Shown here piece after piece: positions 10,345 to 20,273 of a stretch of DNA of 64,000 nucleotides (position 1 is the stretch's first letter; the number at the start of each line of letters is the position of its first letter). This stretch comes from an uncultured Sphaerochaeta sp. (GTDB lineage: Bacteria; Spirochaetota; Spirochaetia; Sphaerochaetales; Sphaerochaetaceae). The stretch lies in the NCBI GenBank assembly GCA_946626785.1, contig CAMOUY010000001.1, positions 12,116 through 76,115 on the forward strand, written 5' to 3'. The notes under the pieces are model-generated. The model worked only from the letters and a program-made list of their open reading frames with translations, had not been told where the DNA came from and made no database searches. Made by a program: the position numbers and the translations under genes.

Positions 10345-11292
10345 TTAGAAATCAAGCAGTTCCACGTCGAAGATCAGGTATGAATTCGGTGGGATGATGC
10401 CTGGATAGCCATGGACTCCGTAGCCCAGCTCAGGTGGGATGATAAGGGTTCTCTTCTCGCCCTTTGACATGGTGACAAGAGCCTCGTTCCAGCCCTCGAT
10501 GACCTGTCCGATCTGGAAGGTTGCAGGCTGTCCCCTATGGACTGAAGAGTCGAACAATCTGCCGTCGAGAAGGGTTCCCGTGTAGTGGACTGTGACCGGC
10601 TGACCATACTTCGGACAGCCCTTTCCGTCACCCTTCTTCAGGACTACATACTGCAGTCCGCTAGGGGTTCTGACAGTGTTCGGCCAGCGGTTCGAGATCT
10701 CGTTCTCAATTGCCTCGATCTCCTTTCTTCTGCGCTCCATCGCCTTCTTTGCAGAGGCCTCGACAAGGTCTGAGAAGCTCTGTTTTGTGACCTTGAAATT
10801 CTGGGCATCGGCACCGATTCTCTCGATTGTCACGTTGTTGATCTTGTCTCCTTGACGGATGGCGTTGACCACATCCTGGCCCTCCACAACACGGCCGAAA
10901 ACAGCGTGCTTGTCGTCCAGCCAAGGGGTCTTAACATGGGTGATGAAGAACTGGCTTCCGTTGGTTCCAGGACCTGCATTCGCCATGCTGAGAACACCTG
11001 GGCCATCGTGGCGAAGAGACGGGTCGAACTCATCCGGGAAGGAGTAGCCAGGACCGCCTGTGCCGTCACCCTTCGGACATCCGCCCTGGATCATGAAGTT
11101 GTCCACAACCCTATGGAAATTGAGTCCCTCGTAGAAGTTCTCGCCCGGGTCTTCAAGATTGAGCTCGCCTTCGACAAGGCCGACGAAGTTTGCGACTGTC
11201 ATAGGGACCTTCTGGTATTCAAGTCTGAGGACGATATCGCCCTTCTGTGTATCGATTACGGCATAGAGGCCGTCCGTGTCTTTGTAGCTCAT
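10345..11292 (-). CDS. dual-family peptidyl-prolyl cis-trans isomerase (N-terminal cyclophilin domain fused to C-terminal FKBP domain)
   Basis: The cyclophilin part contains [13 protein letters not shown]...[10 protein letters not shown]. The FKBP part contains [18 protein letters not shown]...[14 protein letters not shown]...IPPELGYG. The start is placed at ATG 11292 (AAGGA RBS) rather than TTG 11337. Confidence 0.85.
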   Translation of the reverse strand: MSYKDTDGLYAVIDTQKGDIVLRLEYQKVPMTVANFVGLVEGELNLEDPGENFYEGLNFHRVVDNFMIQGGCPKGDGTGGPGYSFPDEFDPSLRHDGPGVLSMANAGPGTNGSQFFITHVKTPWLDDKHAVFGRVVEGQDVVNAIRQGDKINNVTIERIGADAQNFKVTKQSFSDLVEASAKKAMERRRKEIEAIENEISNRWPNTVRTPSGLQYVVLKKGDGKGCPKYGQPVTVHYTGTLLDGRLFDSSVHRGQPATFQIGQVIEGWNEALVTMSKGEKRTLIIPPELGYGVHGYPGIIPPNSYLIFDVELLDF

Positions 11293-11333
11293 AGTTAATT
11301 CCTTATAATATAAGTATTTAGTTAAATCTGGAT

Positions 11334-12260
11334 TCAATCGTACAGATCGTCACCAGGTGAAACAAGCTGGAAGATTCTCTCGAGTTCCTCTTCAGAGGTG
11401 AACGGGATTAGGATCTTACCCTTCTTGATTGCGCCATTCTTGTATTTTCCCTTGATCTCAACCCTGCATCCTGTGGCAGAGAGGAATTTCTCCTCCAGAT
11501 AGAGGATTTCAGGGGATTTTGCATCATTTTGAGGCTGATTCTCGAACGGAAGCTTATTGATTGCCCTCTTTCCCTTGTTAAGATCAGCTGCAAGAGCCTC
11601 TGCCTGACGAACGGAAAGGTCATCATCTATTATTTTACTAAATAGCACTTCCTGGTCAGCAGGATTCTCCACACTGAGCAGAGCTCTGGCATGACCTGGT
11701 GAGAAATATCCCTTCTCCAAAGCATCAAGCATCTTCTCCGGAAGCTGAAGAAGTCTGATACTGTTGGTGATTGTAGAGCGTCCCTTACCTACTTTCTGAG
11801 CAAGCTCTTCCTGTTTAATTCCTGCCTGTGAAAGGAGATACGAGTAAGCTCTAGCCTCTTCGACAGGGTTCAGGTTCTCCCTTTGGATGTTCTCAATCAA
11901 TGATACTTCCATCCTCTGGAGGTCTGTAAAGGAACGAACAATGCAAGGAACAATCTTCAAGCCAGCCATCTTTGCAGCGCGATATCTTCTTTCACCTGCA
12001 ACGATGACATAGACTTCATCCGCGATTTCCTCAACAAGAATCGGTTGAAGTATTCCCTGGGATTTAATCGAGGCACTCAACTCCTCCAAAGCGGCTTGAT
12101 CAAAGATCTTTCTAGGCTGGTTTGGATTCGGTTTGACCTTATCAATGTCAATTTCCATGATTTTGGAACCGGTTTCCTCGAGTTTTTTCACTTCATAAGT
12201 TGAATATTCATCAATAAGGGAGTTAATTCCCCTTCCTAATCCATGTTTTTTAATTGGCAC
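11334..12260 (-). CDS. parB: chromosome partitioning protein ParB/Spo0J
   Basis: It has [10 protein letters not shown], the ParB box GERRYRAAK and the HTH segment [23 protein letters not shown]. Confidence 0.92.
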   Translation of the reverse strand: MPIKKHGLGRGINSLIDEYSTYEVKKLEETGSKIMEIDIDKVKPNPNQPRKIFDQAALEELSASIKSQGILQPILVEEIADEVYVIVAGERRYRAAKMAGLKIVPCIVRSFTDLQRMEVSLIENIQRENLNPVEEARAYSYLLSQAGIKQEELAQKVGKGRSTITNSIRLLQLPEKMLDALEKGYFSPGHARALLSVENPADQEVLFSKIIDDDLSVRQAEALAADLNKGKRAINKLPFENQPQNDAKSPEILYLEEKFLSATGCRVEIKGKYKNGAIKKGKILIPFTSEEELERIFQLVSPGDDLYD

Positions 12261-13008
12261 GGCTTAAAACCTCCTTTGCAAGTGCAGCATACGCCTTTGC
12301 ACCAGAGCAGCTGTTATCATATGCATTTATAGGCAATCCATGAGATGGAGCCTCGCTCAAACGCACATTTCTAGGGATTTTCGTCTCAAAAACAAGATCC
12401 TTGAAGTAAGTTGTGATGTCTTCAACGACTTCATTGTTGAGATTTGCACGCTTGGAATACATTGTGAAGACAATTCCAAGTACCTCAAGACCAGGATTCA
12501 GGTGTTTTTTGACGGAATTAACCGTTCTAAGCAGCAAATTCAAGCCTTCCATTGCGAAATATTCACACTGCATAGGAATCACAACACTGTCTGCCCAGCA
12601 AAGAGCATTCATTGTCACCAGATCCAATGCTGGAGGACAATCCGCAAAGATGAAATCAAATTCAGTATCAAGAGGAGCAAGAGCATCCCTCAAAAAGAAC
12701 TCTCTATCTTCTTCATCGACCAGCTCAATGGCCAGTCCAGCCATATTTATACCGCCACTAAGGCAGAAAAGCCCTTCTACAGGTGTTGTCTGAACAGCAG
12801 AAATATCAGCTTCACCAGCCAAAAGCTCATAAATACCAGGTTTTGAGGTGTCAGCAGATACAGAACTGGACATATTTCCCTGCGAATCAAGATCTACAAG
12901 AAGAACCTTGTACCCTTCTCTTGCCAGGGCAGAACCAACATTAACGGCAGTGGTAGTCTTTCCCACACCACCTTTCTGATTCAAATAAATTATTTTCTTA
13001 GCCTGCAT
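12250..13008 (-). CDS. parA: chromosome partitioning ATPase ParA/Soj
   Basis: It has the deviant Walker A motif NQKGGVGKTTTAVN and overlaps parB by 11 nt. ATG 13008 (MQAKKIIYL) is preferred over TTG 13026. Confidence 0.92.
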   Translation of the reverse strand: MQAKKIIYLNQKGGVGKTTTAVNVGSALAREGYKVLLVDLDSQGNMSSSVSADTSKPGIYELLAGEADISAVQTTPVEGLFCLSGGINMAGLAIELVDEEDREFFLRDALAPLDTEFDFIFADCPPALDLVTMNALCWADSVVIPMQCEYFAMEGLNLLLRTVNSVKKHLNPGLEVLGIVFTMYSKRANLNNEVVEDITTYFKDLVFETKIPRNVRLSEAPSHGLPINAYDNSCSGAKAYAALAKEVLSRAN

Positions 13009-13103
13009 AAAATCAATATAAAACAAAAAAACTTAAAAGTCACCATAATATTGACTTATTAATCGCCTTAATCTAAATTTAATGGCAGGAGGACGACTGA
13101 GCG

Positions 13104-13346
13104 ATGGAAGATCTAGAGAGCAAAGTAGTCGAAGCAATCAAATATGTCAGACCATCCCTCCAGAACGACGGTGGAGATATCGAATTCGTTAAATTGGAAG
13201 GCTATAAGGTCTATGTTAGGCTCCAGGGCGCCTGTGCTGGCTGCATGATGGCAGAAATGACCCTTAAGAATGGAGTTGAAAGAATGTTGAAGTATAATGT
13301 TGACGACAAACTTGAGGTTGTCGACCTTACACTTGAAGAAAGATAG
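13104..13346 (+). CDS. NifU C-terminal (Nfu)-domain Fe-S cluster protein
   Basis: 80-aa ORF with DGGDIEFV and the CxxC motif (GACAGCMMAEMTLKNGVE). Confidence 0.8.
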   Translation: MEDLESKVVEAIKYVRPSLQNDGGDIEFVKLEGYKVYVRLQGACAGCMMAEMTLKNGVERMLKYNVDDKLEVVDLTLEER

Positions 13347-13362
13347 CGTTTCACGTGAAACA
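13347..13362. promoter_or_regulatory. parS: parS site 1 (ParB-binding centromere-like site)
   Basis: CGTTTCACGTGAAACA matches the canonical parS palindrome TGTTTCACGTGAAACA at 15 of 16 positions. It begins 1 nt after the NifU-like stop codon. Confidence 0.8.
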
Positions 13363-13366
13363 CTCA

Positions 13367-13392
13367 ACCGGGCTTCGGCCCGGTATTTTTTT
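13367..13392 (+). terminator. intrinsic terminator of the NifU-like gene
   Basis: ACCGGGC-TTCG-GCCCGGT forms a 7-bp GC stem with a tetraloop, followed by ATTTTTTT. Confidence 0.7.
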
Positions 13393-13443
13393 ACCTTTAT
13401 GCCCCAGATATCTATCCAAACATCTCCCAGAATCCAAAAACAG

Positions 13444-13459
13444 CGTTTCACGTGAAACA
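13444..13459. promoter_or_regulatory. parS: parS site 2
   Basis: Exact copy of CGTTTCACGTGAAACA. Confidence 0.8.
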
Positions 13460-13667
13460 TTTTGATAAAAGACCTACTATTACAGCTCAGAAACAAAAGA
13501 ATGCACCACAGAACAGTATTATTGATTAATCAGAGAAACTTTTTCTTCAAAAAATCTTCGCTATATCAATTTTTTTAAAAATTAATTCAAAAACAAAAAT
13601 CATAAATTCTGTTTAGCAATTTTAGTTTCGTACATTTTCTGTTTTTCTTATAAATCCACCTTAAAAG

Positions 13668-13683
13668 CGTTTCACGTGAAACA
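13668..13683. promoter_or_regulatory. parS: parS site 3
   Basis: Exact copy of CGTTTCACGTGAAACA. Confidence 0.8.
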
Positions 13684-13796
13684 TTGATTGTTATTTTTTT
13701 TCTTTGGGATCCAGAGATTTTCTTTTCTGAAAGTTTCCCTCTCTGTCTTTCTCTTCTTTTTCTCTTTTCTTCTTTGTCTCAAAAAATGGTTGTTGA

Positions 13797-13812
13797 TGTT
13801 TCACGTGAAACG
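13797..13812. promoter_or_regulatory. parS: parS site 4 (inverted orientation)
   Basis: TGTTTCACGTGAAACG is the exact reverse complement of the other three 16-mers. Confidence 0.8.
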
Positions 13813-13940
13813 TTACCGAGGGAGAAGACAGGTTAGTTCGACAATGGATCTGCTTTCGTTTGGGTCTTTCTTGCCTTGGTCCCTTACCTGGTCTTTTCAG
13901 TTTTTGGATTTTACTTGGTTCAATTTTTGAAATTTCCCGG

Positions 13941-13980
13941 AAACAACAAAAAACCGCATTCCAGGGGTCTAGAATGCGGT
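13941..13980 (-). terminator. intrinsic terminator downstream of gyrA
   Basis: ACCGCATTC/GAATGCGGT forms a 9-bp stem. On the minus strand it is followed by TTTTTGTTGTTT. It lies about 60 nt after the gyrA stop. Confidence 0.55.
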
Positions 13981-14041
13981 TTTTGTGGGTTGTTACTATA
14001 CATAGTAACAGAATGATTTGGACTTTTAGGACCCTTTTTTG

Positions 14042-16576
14042 TTAATTCTGCTCCTCTTCTGGAGTTGTGGTTTCAGGGGCTTCCTGAGTCGTTCCGAGTT
14101 CGGCTGTGTTGCTATCGACCGGGGTCTCTTCCTCCTCTGGCTCGTCCTCCTGATAGTCGGTCACTGTCATTGCCACGATGTAGTCGTCATCGGTTTTCAT
14201 CTTGAATACATTGACTCCTGCAGCGCTTCTTCCCTGGTTGGAAATGCCGTTGACGTGGGTCCTTATCGTCTGTCCTTTCTTGGTGATGCAGACGACATCA
14301 TTTTCATCGTTAACTCCAAGTGCAGAAACAAGATACGTATCATCTACAAGCTTGTAGATAGTCTGTCCGTTGGTACCTCTTCCATGTCTCATGAAGAGGT
14401 TGAACTCGACCTGTTTTCCCTTGCCCTGGTTGGTCACCAGAATGATTGTCTTGTCATCCTCGACCTTGACCAGACCGACGATCTCATCACCTTCAGCAAG
14501 GTTCATGCCGCGAACTCCACGTGCCGGACGACCCATGACTCTGACATCATCGACGCTGAATCTGAGTCCCTTTCCGTTTCTGGATACCAGCATGGCCTCA
14601 TCGCCTTCGTTGACGAACAGACATTTGACCAGTGAATCGCCCTCATCAAGAGTGATTGCCCTGATTCCGTTCTTCCTGCCGTTGATGAAGTCATTGAGCT
14701 TGACCTGCTTCACGACGCCGTTCTTTGTTGCCATGAGGATGCTCTTGGTCTCATCGAACTCCTTGAAGTCGATGATTGCCGAGATGCTCTCGCCATCCTC
14801 GATCTTAGGAAGGACAGCCTTGATGTTGACTCCCTTACCGACCTTCTGGCCCTCTGGAAGCTCCCAGACCTCAAGGCAGAATGCCTTTCCGTAGTTTGTG
14901 ATGAACAGGATATGGTCATGGGAGAAGGCTGAGAACAGGTGCTCGACGAAGTCCTCATCTCTGAGAGCTGCGCCCTTGACGCCCTTTCCTCCGCGTCCCT
15001 GGGACTTGTATTCATCGGCTGAGACACGCTTCACGAAGCCCTTGTTTGTTATGACTACGACAACTTCCTCCTTCTTGATGAAGTCCTTGTCCACAAGACC
15101 GTCGACCTCACGGGTCTCGATAATTGTGCGTCTGTCATCACCGTAGTCTGCAGAGAGCTGCTGAATCTCAAGCTCGACCTCATGGAGCATCTTCACCTCA
15201 TCGGAGAGAAGCTCCTTGTAGAAGGCGATCTTGACCTCGAGCTCATTCAACTCATCGATGATCTCTTGGGTCTCCATGTGGCTGAGTCTTCCAAGTCTCA
15301 TCTGGATGATTGCGTTAGCCTGCTTGTCGGAGAGTCCGAAGGTGGCCTGCAGATTGGTTGAGGCCTCATCGTTGTTGGCGCTCTGCTTGATGATCTCGAT
15401 GACCTGGTCGATGTTCTCAAGACCGATCTTCAGACCAAGCAGAATGTGCTCTCTCTCCTGTGCCTTGGCAAGGTCAAACTTTGTCCTTCTTGTTGTGACG
15501 TCCTTCCTGTGCTCAAGGTAGTAGTAAAGCATATCCTTGAGTGTCAAGCATTTAGGTCTGCCTTCAACAAGAGCTAGGTTGTTGACGTTGAAGTTGCACT
15601 GGAGCTGTGTGTTCAGGAACAGATGGTTCACAGCGATCTCTGGAACAGCATCCTTCTTGAGCTCGATTACAATTCTGATTCCATCACGTCCGGACTCATC
15701 TCTGATCGTTGAGATGTCCTTAAGAACATCGTCCTTTCTGAGCTCGTCGATATGCTTGACCAGCTCGGCCTTGTTGACCTGGTAAGGGATCTCTGTGAAG
15801 ACGATGGACTCGTGTGTCTTGTGGTCCTCGATGTGGTAGACGCCGCGCATGACGATCTTTCCACGACCTGTCTCGAAGGCATCACGTATTCCCTTGACAC
15901 CGCAGATCTTGGCGGCAGTAGGGAAGTCAGGTCCCTTGATGTAGTTCATCAACTCAGGGGTTGTTATGTCCGGATTCTCGATCATTGCACACAGTGCATC
16001 GCAGATCTCACGAAGGTTGTGTGGTGGCATGTTGGTTGCCATTCCGACTGCAATACCGCTTGTTCCGTTTGCAAGAAGGAACGGGAAACCTGCTGGAAGA
16101 ACCTCAGGCTCCTTCAGGGACTCATCGAAGTTAGGGACCATGTTGACGGTCTCTTTGTCGATGTCCTGGAGCATGAGCTCACCCATCTTGGCCATCTTGG
16201 CCTCTGTGTATCTGTATGCTGCTGGTGGATCACCATCGATTGAACCGAAGTTTCCCTGTGGCTTGATGACAGGGTAGCGCATCGAGAAGTCCTGTGCCAG
16301 ACGGACAAGGGCATCGTAGACCGATGCGTCTCCGTGTGGGTGGAACTTACCGAGAACGTCTCCAACGGTACGTGCACACTTCTTGAAGGATCCGGTGCTC
16401 TTGATGCCCAGGTCATACATATCGTACAGGATTCTCCTGTGGACAGGCTTGAGACCATCACGCACATCTGGAAGTGCACGGCTGACTATGACTGACATTG
16501 CATAGTCGAGATAACTCTTTCTCATCTCCTCCGAGAGGTCTGAGACAAGTACTCTGCTTTTGATTTCCTCTTCCAT
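14042..16576 (-). CDS. gyrA: DNA gyrase subunit A
   Basis: 844-aa ORF. It has the [24 protein letters not shown]-terminal signature, the active-site region and C-terminal beta-pinwheel repeats. Confidence 0.97.
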   Translation of the reverse strand: MEEEIKSRVLVSDLSEEMRKSYLDYAMSVIVSRALPDVRDGLKPVHRRILYDMYDLGIKSTGSFKKCARTVGDVLGKFHPHGDASVYDALVRLAQDFSMRYPVIKPQGNFGSIDGDPPAAYRYTEAKMAKMGELMLQDIDKETVNMVPNFDESLKEPEVLPAGFPFLLANGTSGIAVGMATNMPPHNLREICDALCAMIENPDITTPELMNYIKGPDFPTAAKICGVKGIRDAFETGRGKIVMRGVYHIEDHKTHESIVFTEIPYQVNKAELVKHIDELRKDDVLKDISTIRDESGRDGIRIVIELKKDAVPEIAVNHLFLNTQLQCNFNVNNLALVEGRPKCLTLKDMLYYYLEHRKDVTTRRTKFDLAKAQEREHILLGLKIGLENIDQVIEIIKQSANNDEASTNLQATFGLSDKQANAIIQMRLGRLSHMETQEIIDELNELEVKIAFYKELLSDEVKMLHEVELEIQQLSADYGDDRRTIIETREVDGLVDKDFIKKEEVVVVITNKGFVKRVSADEYKSQGRGGKGVKGAALRDEDFVEHLFSAFSHDHILFITNYGKAFCLEVWELPEGQKVGKGVNIKAVLPKIEDGESISAIIDFKEFDETKSILMATKNGVVKQVKLNDFINGRKNGIRAITLDEGDSLVKCLFVNEGDEAMLVSRNGKGLRFSVDDVRVMGRPARGVRGMNLAEGDEIVGLVKVEDDKTIILVTNQGKGKQVEFNLFMRHGRGTNGQTIYKLVDDTYLVSALGVNDENDVVCITKKGQTIRTHVNGISNQGRSAAGVNVFKMKTDDDYIVAMTVTDYQEDEPEEEETPVDSNTAELGTTQEAPETTTPEEEQN

Positions 16577-16589
16577 TTATAACCTCCCG

Positions 16590-18599
16590 TCAAGCATCGA
16601 TCTGTGCATAAGTTGCATTCTGCTCGATGAAGTCGCGCCTTGGCTCGACCTCCTCACCCATAAGAGTGGAGAACACCTGGTCTGCCTCTACCGCGTCGGA
16701 GAGGTGAACCTGTCCGATGAACCTTGTCTCAGGGTTCATTGTGGTCTCCCAAAGCTGCTCAGGGTTCATTTCACCAAGACCTTTGTAGCGCTGGATCTTC
16801 ACGTTCTTCGAATCAGACTCGCTCTCGCCGTGGTCTGCAAGGATCTTTGCCTTGTCATCGTCATTGAAGGCGTAGTAGTCCTTTCCCTTGATGGCGATCT
16901 TATAGAGAGGAGGCATTGCGAAGTACACATAACCTGCGTCGATGAGAGGTCTCATGTATCTGAAGAAGAAGGTGAGAAGCAGTGTTCTGATATGAGATCC
17001 GTCGACATCAGCATCAGCCATGATGATTACCTTATGGTATCTGGCCTTTGTGACATCGAAGTTTGCACCAAGTCCTGCTCCGATGGAGTCGATGACAGGC
17101 TGGAGCTTGTCATTTCCTTCAACCTTGTCCTCACGGGTCTTCTCGACGTTAAGCATCTTTCCCCAGAGAGGGAGGATCGCCTGGATTGTTCTGTCACGCC
17201 CTTGCTTGGCGCTTCCACCTGCAGAATCTCCCTCCACGATGAAAATTTCGCACTTTGACGGGTCTTTCTCGCTGCAGTCGGCAAGTTTTCCAGGAAGACT
17301 TACTCCGCCCTTTTTACGGGCGTTCTCGCGTGCCTTCTTGGCTGCGATTCTTGCCTTGGAGGAGGCGACCGTCTTCTGGAGAAGGATGAGAATCTGATCC
17401 GGATGCTCGTCGAAATAGTCGTTAAGTTTCTGATATACAAAACTATACACGATTCCCTGGACGTAGGAGTTACCAAGCTTCATCTTGGTCTGGCCTTCGA
17501 ACTGAGGGTTTGTGATCTTGACGGAGACGACTGCGCTGAGACCTTCACGGACGTCGGAGTTGAAACCTTCCTTGAAGTCCTCCGACTCGAAGAAAGCCTC
17601 TGCATTCTTGTTCTTTCCTACCAGTTCCTTCATGTGGTTCTGGAGCTGGTTCTTGAAGCATGCAACAAGGCCGCTTGTGAATCCGATGAGATGCTTTCCA
17701 CCTTCACGTGTGTTGATGTTGTTTGCGAAGGTGTGGATGTTCTCGTCGAATCTGTCGTTGTACTGAAGCGAGAACTCGACAATTGCAGCACCGTTGTCGT
17801 TCTCTCTCTCACCGCTGAAGTAGATTGGCTCTGTTCCCTCAGGGATGATCTTCTTGTTCTTGTTGATGTAGGAGACGAAGTCCTTTATTCCGCCTTCGAA
17901 GTGGAATACCTTCTCCTCCGGGACCTCTTCTCTGTTGTCGATGGCCGTGATGACGATGCCCTTGTTCAGGAAGGCAAGCTCTCTGAAACGCTCGCAGAGA
18001 ACGTTGAAGTTGAAGTCATCACCTTCCATGATGGAGGTGTCCGGATGGAACTTGATGGTCGTTCCTCTCTTCTCGGTGGTGCCAACCTTGGCCACAGGGG
18101 CCACAGGCTCGCCGAAATGGTACTCCTGCTGATACATGTCAGGAGCACGGTGAACCGTTGCCACAAGGTGGTCTGAGAGTGCGTTTACAACGCTGACACC
18201 GACGCCGTGGAGTCCGCCGGAGACCTTATAGGCTCCGCCGTTGAACTTTCCACCTGCGTGGAGGTGACAGAGTGCAACCTCAAGGGTCGAGATCCCCTCT
18301 GTTGGATGGATGTCTACAGGGATGCCTCTTCCGTTGTCCTCAACGGTGACGTAGTTTCCCTTGTCTATTGTGACCTTGATGGTGTCGCAGTATCCGGCCA
18401 CGGCCTCATCAATGGAGTTGTCAATAACCTCATAGACCAGATGGTGAAGTCCATCAGGACCTGTTGATCCTATGTACATACCAGGTCTTACACGGACGGC
18501 CTCAAGTCCCTTAAGGACCTGGATGTTTTCACCCGTGTACTCTGCAGAGGTATGAGCAAGGTTGTTCATTTCCTCTTCGTTGATGTTCTCTTCATTCAT
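16590..18599 (-). CDS. gyrB: DNA gyrase subunit B
   Basis: 669-aa ORF. It has LEAVRVRPGMYIG, GGLHGVG, the Toprim EGDSAGG motif and PLWGKMLNVEK. Confidence 0.97.
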   Translation of the reverse strand: MNEENINEEEMNNLAHTSAEYTGENIQVLKGLEAVRVRPGMYIGSTGPDGLHHLVYEVIDNSIDEAVAGYCDTIKVTIDKGNYVTVEDNGRGIPVDIHPTEGISTLEVALCHLHAGGKFNGGAYKVSGGLHGVGVSVVNALSDHLVATVHRAPDMYQQEYHFGEPVAPVAKVGTTEKRGTTIKFHPDTSIMEGDDFNFNVLCERFRELAFLNKGIVITAIDNREEVPEEKVFHFEGGIKDFVSYINKNKKIIPEGTEPIYFSGERENDNGAAIVEFSLQYNDRFDENIHTFANNINTREGGKHLIGFTSGLVACFKNQLQNHMKELVGKNKNAEAFFESEDFKEGFNSDVREGLSAVVSVKITNPQFEGQTKMKLGNSYVQGIVYSFVYQKLNDYFDEHPDQILILLQKTVASSKARIAAKKARENARKKGGVSLPGKLADCSEKDPSKCEIFIVEGDSAGGSAKQGRDRTIQAILPLWGKMLNVEKTREDKVEGNDKLQPVIDSIGAGLGANFDVTKARYHKVIIMADADVDGSHIRTLLLTFFFRYMRPLIDAGYVYFAMPPLYKIAIKGKDYYAFNDDDKAKILADHGESESDSKNVKIQRYKGLGEMNPEQLWETTMNPETRFIGQVHLSDAVEADQVFSTLMGEEVEPRRDFIEQNATYAQIDA

Positions 18600-18790
18600 T
18601 AATGATAATCCTTAAGATGTTTTAGAATATTTTAATAATATATAAATTAGTGAAAGTTTACAATATCACGGAAATCTAAAATACGTCAAAATTGAAGCTA
18701 TATTCATATTTTCGAGGCCCAAGTTTTGTTGCATTCGCCTTGAAAACGACTGCTTTCCAAGTTAATATATTCGTTACGAGGTATTTTGAA

Positions 18791-20182
18791 ATGACAGAGG
18801 AACTTTGGAACAGGACTATAAATCAGATAAAGGAATCATTGCCGGAGAACGAATTTTCCTCATGGTTCACCCGTCTGTCATTCGGATCCGAGAATGACGG
18901 GAAGGTCACTCTTTACGTTCCTTCCGCCTTTGTCAGGGACAGATTCGAGTCTGCCTACAAAGTTCTCATAGAGAACACCTTAAGTGAGCTTGGCGAGGCT
19001 GATTATTACGTCACCTTCGAGATCAGGAAGGGTTCACAGGCTTCAAATACCGACCAGAAGAAGGAGAAGGCATTTTCACAGCCTGCGGCAGAAAAGAAGC
19101 CTTCAGAGCAGAGGACCAGACAGACATCATCAAAGAATTCCGAAGACAGCACATTGAATGCAGCCTATACCTTCGATTCCTTCATTCCTGGAGACAACAG
19201 CAACTTCGCTTACAGTGCCTGTATGGCAATAGCTAAGAATCCGGGTTCGGCATACAATCCATGTTTATTATATGGAGGAGTAGGTCTTGGAAAGACTCAT
19301 CTCATCCAGAGCATCGGCAACTATCTCAAGGAGAACACTAAACTTAAGGTCTCTTATGTCACTGCAGAGAACTTCACAAACGAGTACATCCAGTCTCTTA
19401 ACGACAAAAACCCTCAACAGTTCAAGAACAAGTACAGAAAAGTGGCCGTTCTGCTGATAGACGACATCCATTTTCTCCAGGGAAAGCAGGGAGTCCAGCA
19501 GGAGTTGTTCAACACATTCAACGACCTGTATGAGACCGGGCGCCAGATAGTTTTCACCTGTGATAGACCTGTAGAGGAGCTGAAGGACATCTCGGATCGT
19601 CTCAGAAGCAGGTTCGAGAGAGGTCTTAACATAGATCTTCTTCCACCTAACTACGAGACAAGGGTCGCAATTCTGAGAAAGAAGTGCCAGGAGAAGGGTG
19701 TTGAGTTCAGCAACGAGGTCATCGACTACATTGCAACTAACATCTCAAGCAACGTCAGAGCCCTTGAGTCATGCCTCACAAAGCTCATTGCATACAGCGA
19801 GCTTCTCCACAAGGACATCTCACTTGAGACTGCCAAGGAGCAGCTCAGACACATAATCAGCTCTAACAACGACACAAGCGGTATATCAATAGATATGATA
19901 ATCAAGGTCGTTGCAAACTACTTCAATGTCTCCGCCTCAGACATTAAGGGAAAGAGCAAGAACCAGAGCGTGGTGCTTCCAAGACAGATTGCAATGTTCC
20001 TCTGCAGAAACATGACTGACTTCTCAACGACGGAGATAGGATACGAGTTCGGCGGAAAGAACCACACAACAGTCATGTACAACGTGCAGAAGATGGAGGC
20101 AAGGCTGAACTCAAGCGAGAAGGACATAAACAACGTCATAGAGAAGCTTGAAACCCAGATAAAGCTGGAATCAAGAAAATAA
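18791..20182 (+). CDS. dnaA: chromosomal replication initiator DnaA
   Basis: It has the AAA+ Walker A motif (GGVGLGKTHL), box VII/sensor motifs and the C-terminal DNA-binding signature (GGKNHTTVMY). The start is moved to ATG 18791 (MTEELWNRT). Confidence 0.96.
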   Translation: MTEELWNRTINQIKESLPENEFSSWFTRLSFGSENDGKVTLYVPSAFVRDRFESAYKVLIENTLSELGEADYYVTFEIRKGSQASNTDQKKEKAFSQPAAEKKPSEQRTRQTSSKNSEDSTLNAAYTFDSFIPGDNSNFAYSACMAIAKNPGSAYNPCLLYGGVGLGKTHLIQSIGNYLKENTKLKVSYVTAENFTNEYIQSLNDKNPQQFKNKYRKVAVLLIDDIHFLQGKQGVQQELFNTFNDLYETGRQIVFTCDRPVEELKDISDRLRSRFERGLNIDLLPPNYETRVAILRKKCQEKGVEFSNEVIDYIATNISSNVRALESCLTKLIAYSELLHKDISLETAKEQLRHIISSNNDTSGISIDMIIKVVANYFNVSASDIKGKSKNQSVVLPRQIAMFLCRNMTDFSTTEIGYEFGGKNHTTVMYNVQKMEARLNSSEKDINNVIEKLETQIKLESRK

Positions 20183-20196
20183 TCCTGTTTGCTGGT

Positions 20197-20273
20197 TGTT
20201 CATAACCTGTGCATTTCAGTGCTTCCGATGTCAATTCAGAAAGTTCTGAAAAGTTATGAACAGGTTGTGAACA
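20197..20273. promoter_or_regulatory. cluster of three DnaA-box-like 9-mers (TTRTGAACA) in the dnaA-dnaN spacer; candidate oriC element
   Basis: The three copies are TGTTCATAA at 20197-20205 (reverse complement TTATGAACA), TTATGAACA at 20254-20262 and TTGTGAACA at 20265-20273. They differ from the E. coli consensus TTATCCACA at positions 5-6. An AT-rich tract follows at 20330-20400. Confidence 0.35.

Noticed and set aside
13500-13665. AT-rich block between parS sites as the actual oriC/DUE
   Set aside because: I found no convincing DnaA-box cluster here, only weak ATCCAAA/AATCCACC matches. The dnaA-dnaN spacer has better repeated 9-mers and matches the spirochaete precedent. It is left as an open question in a finding rather than called as a feature.
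13688-13930. 80-aa ORF inside the parS spacer
   Set aside because: Its Phe/Leu/Ser-rich translation is produced by the polypyrimidine tract. It has no RBS, and it reads straight through a parS site. It is very unlikely to be coding.
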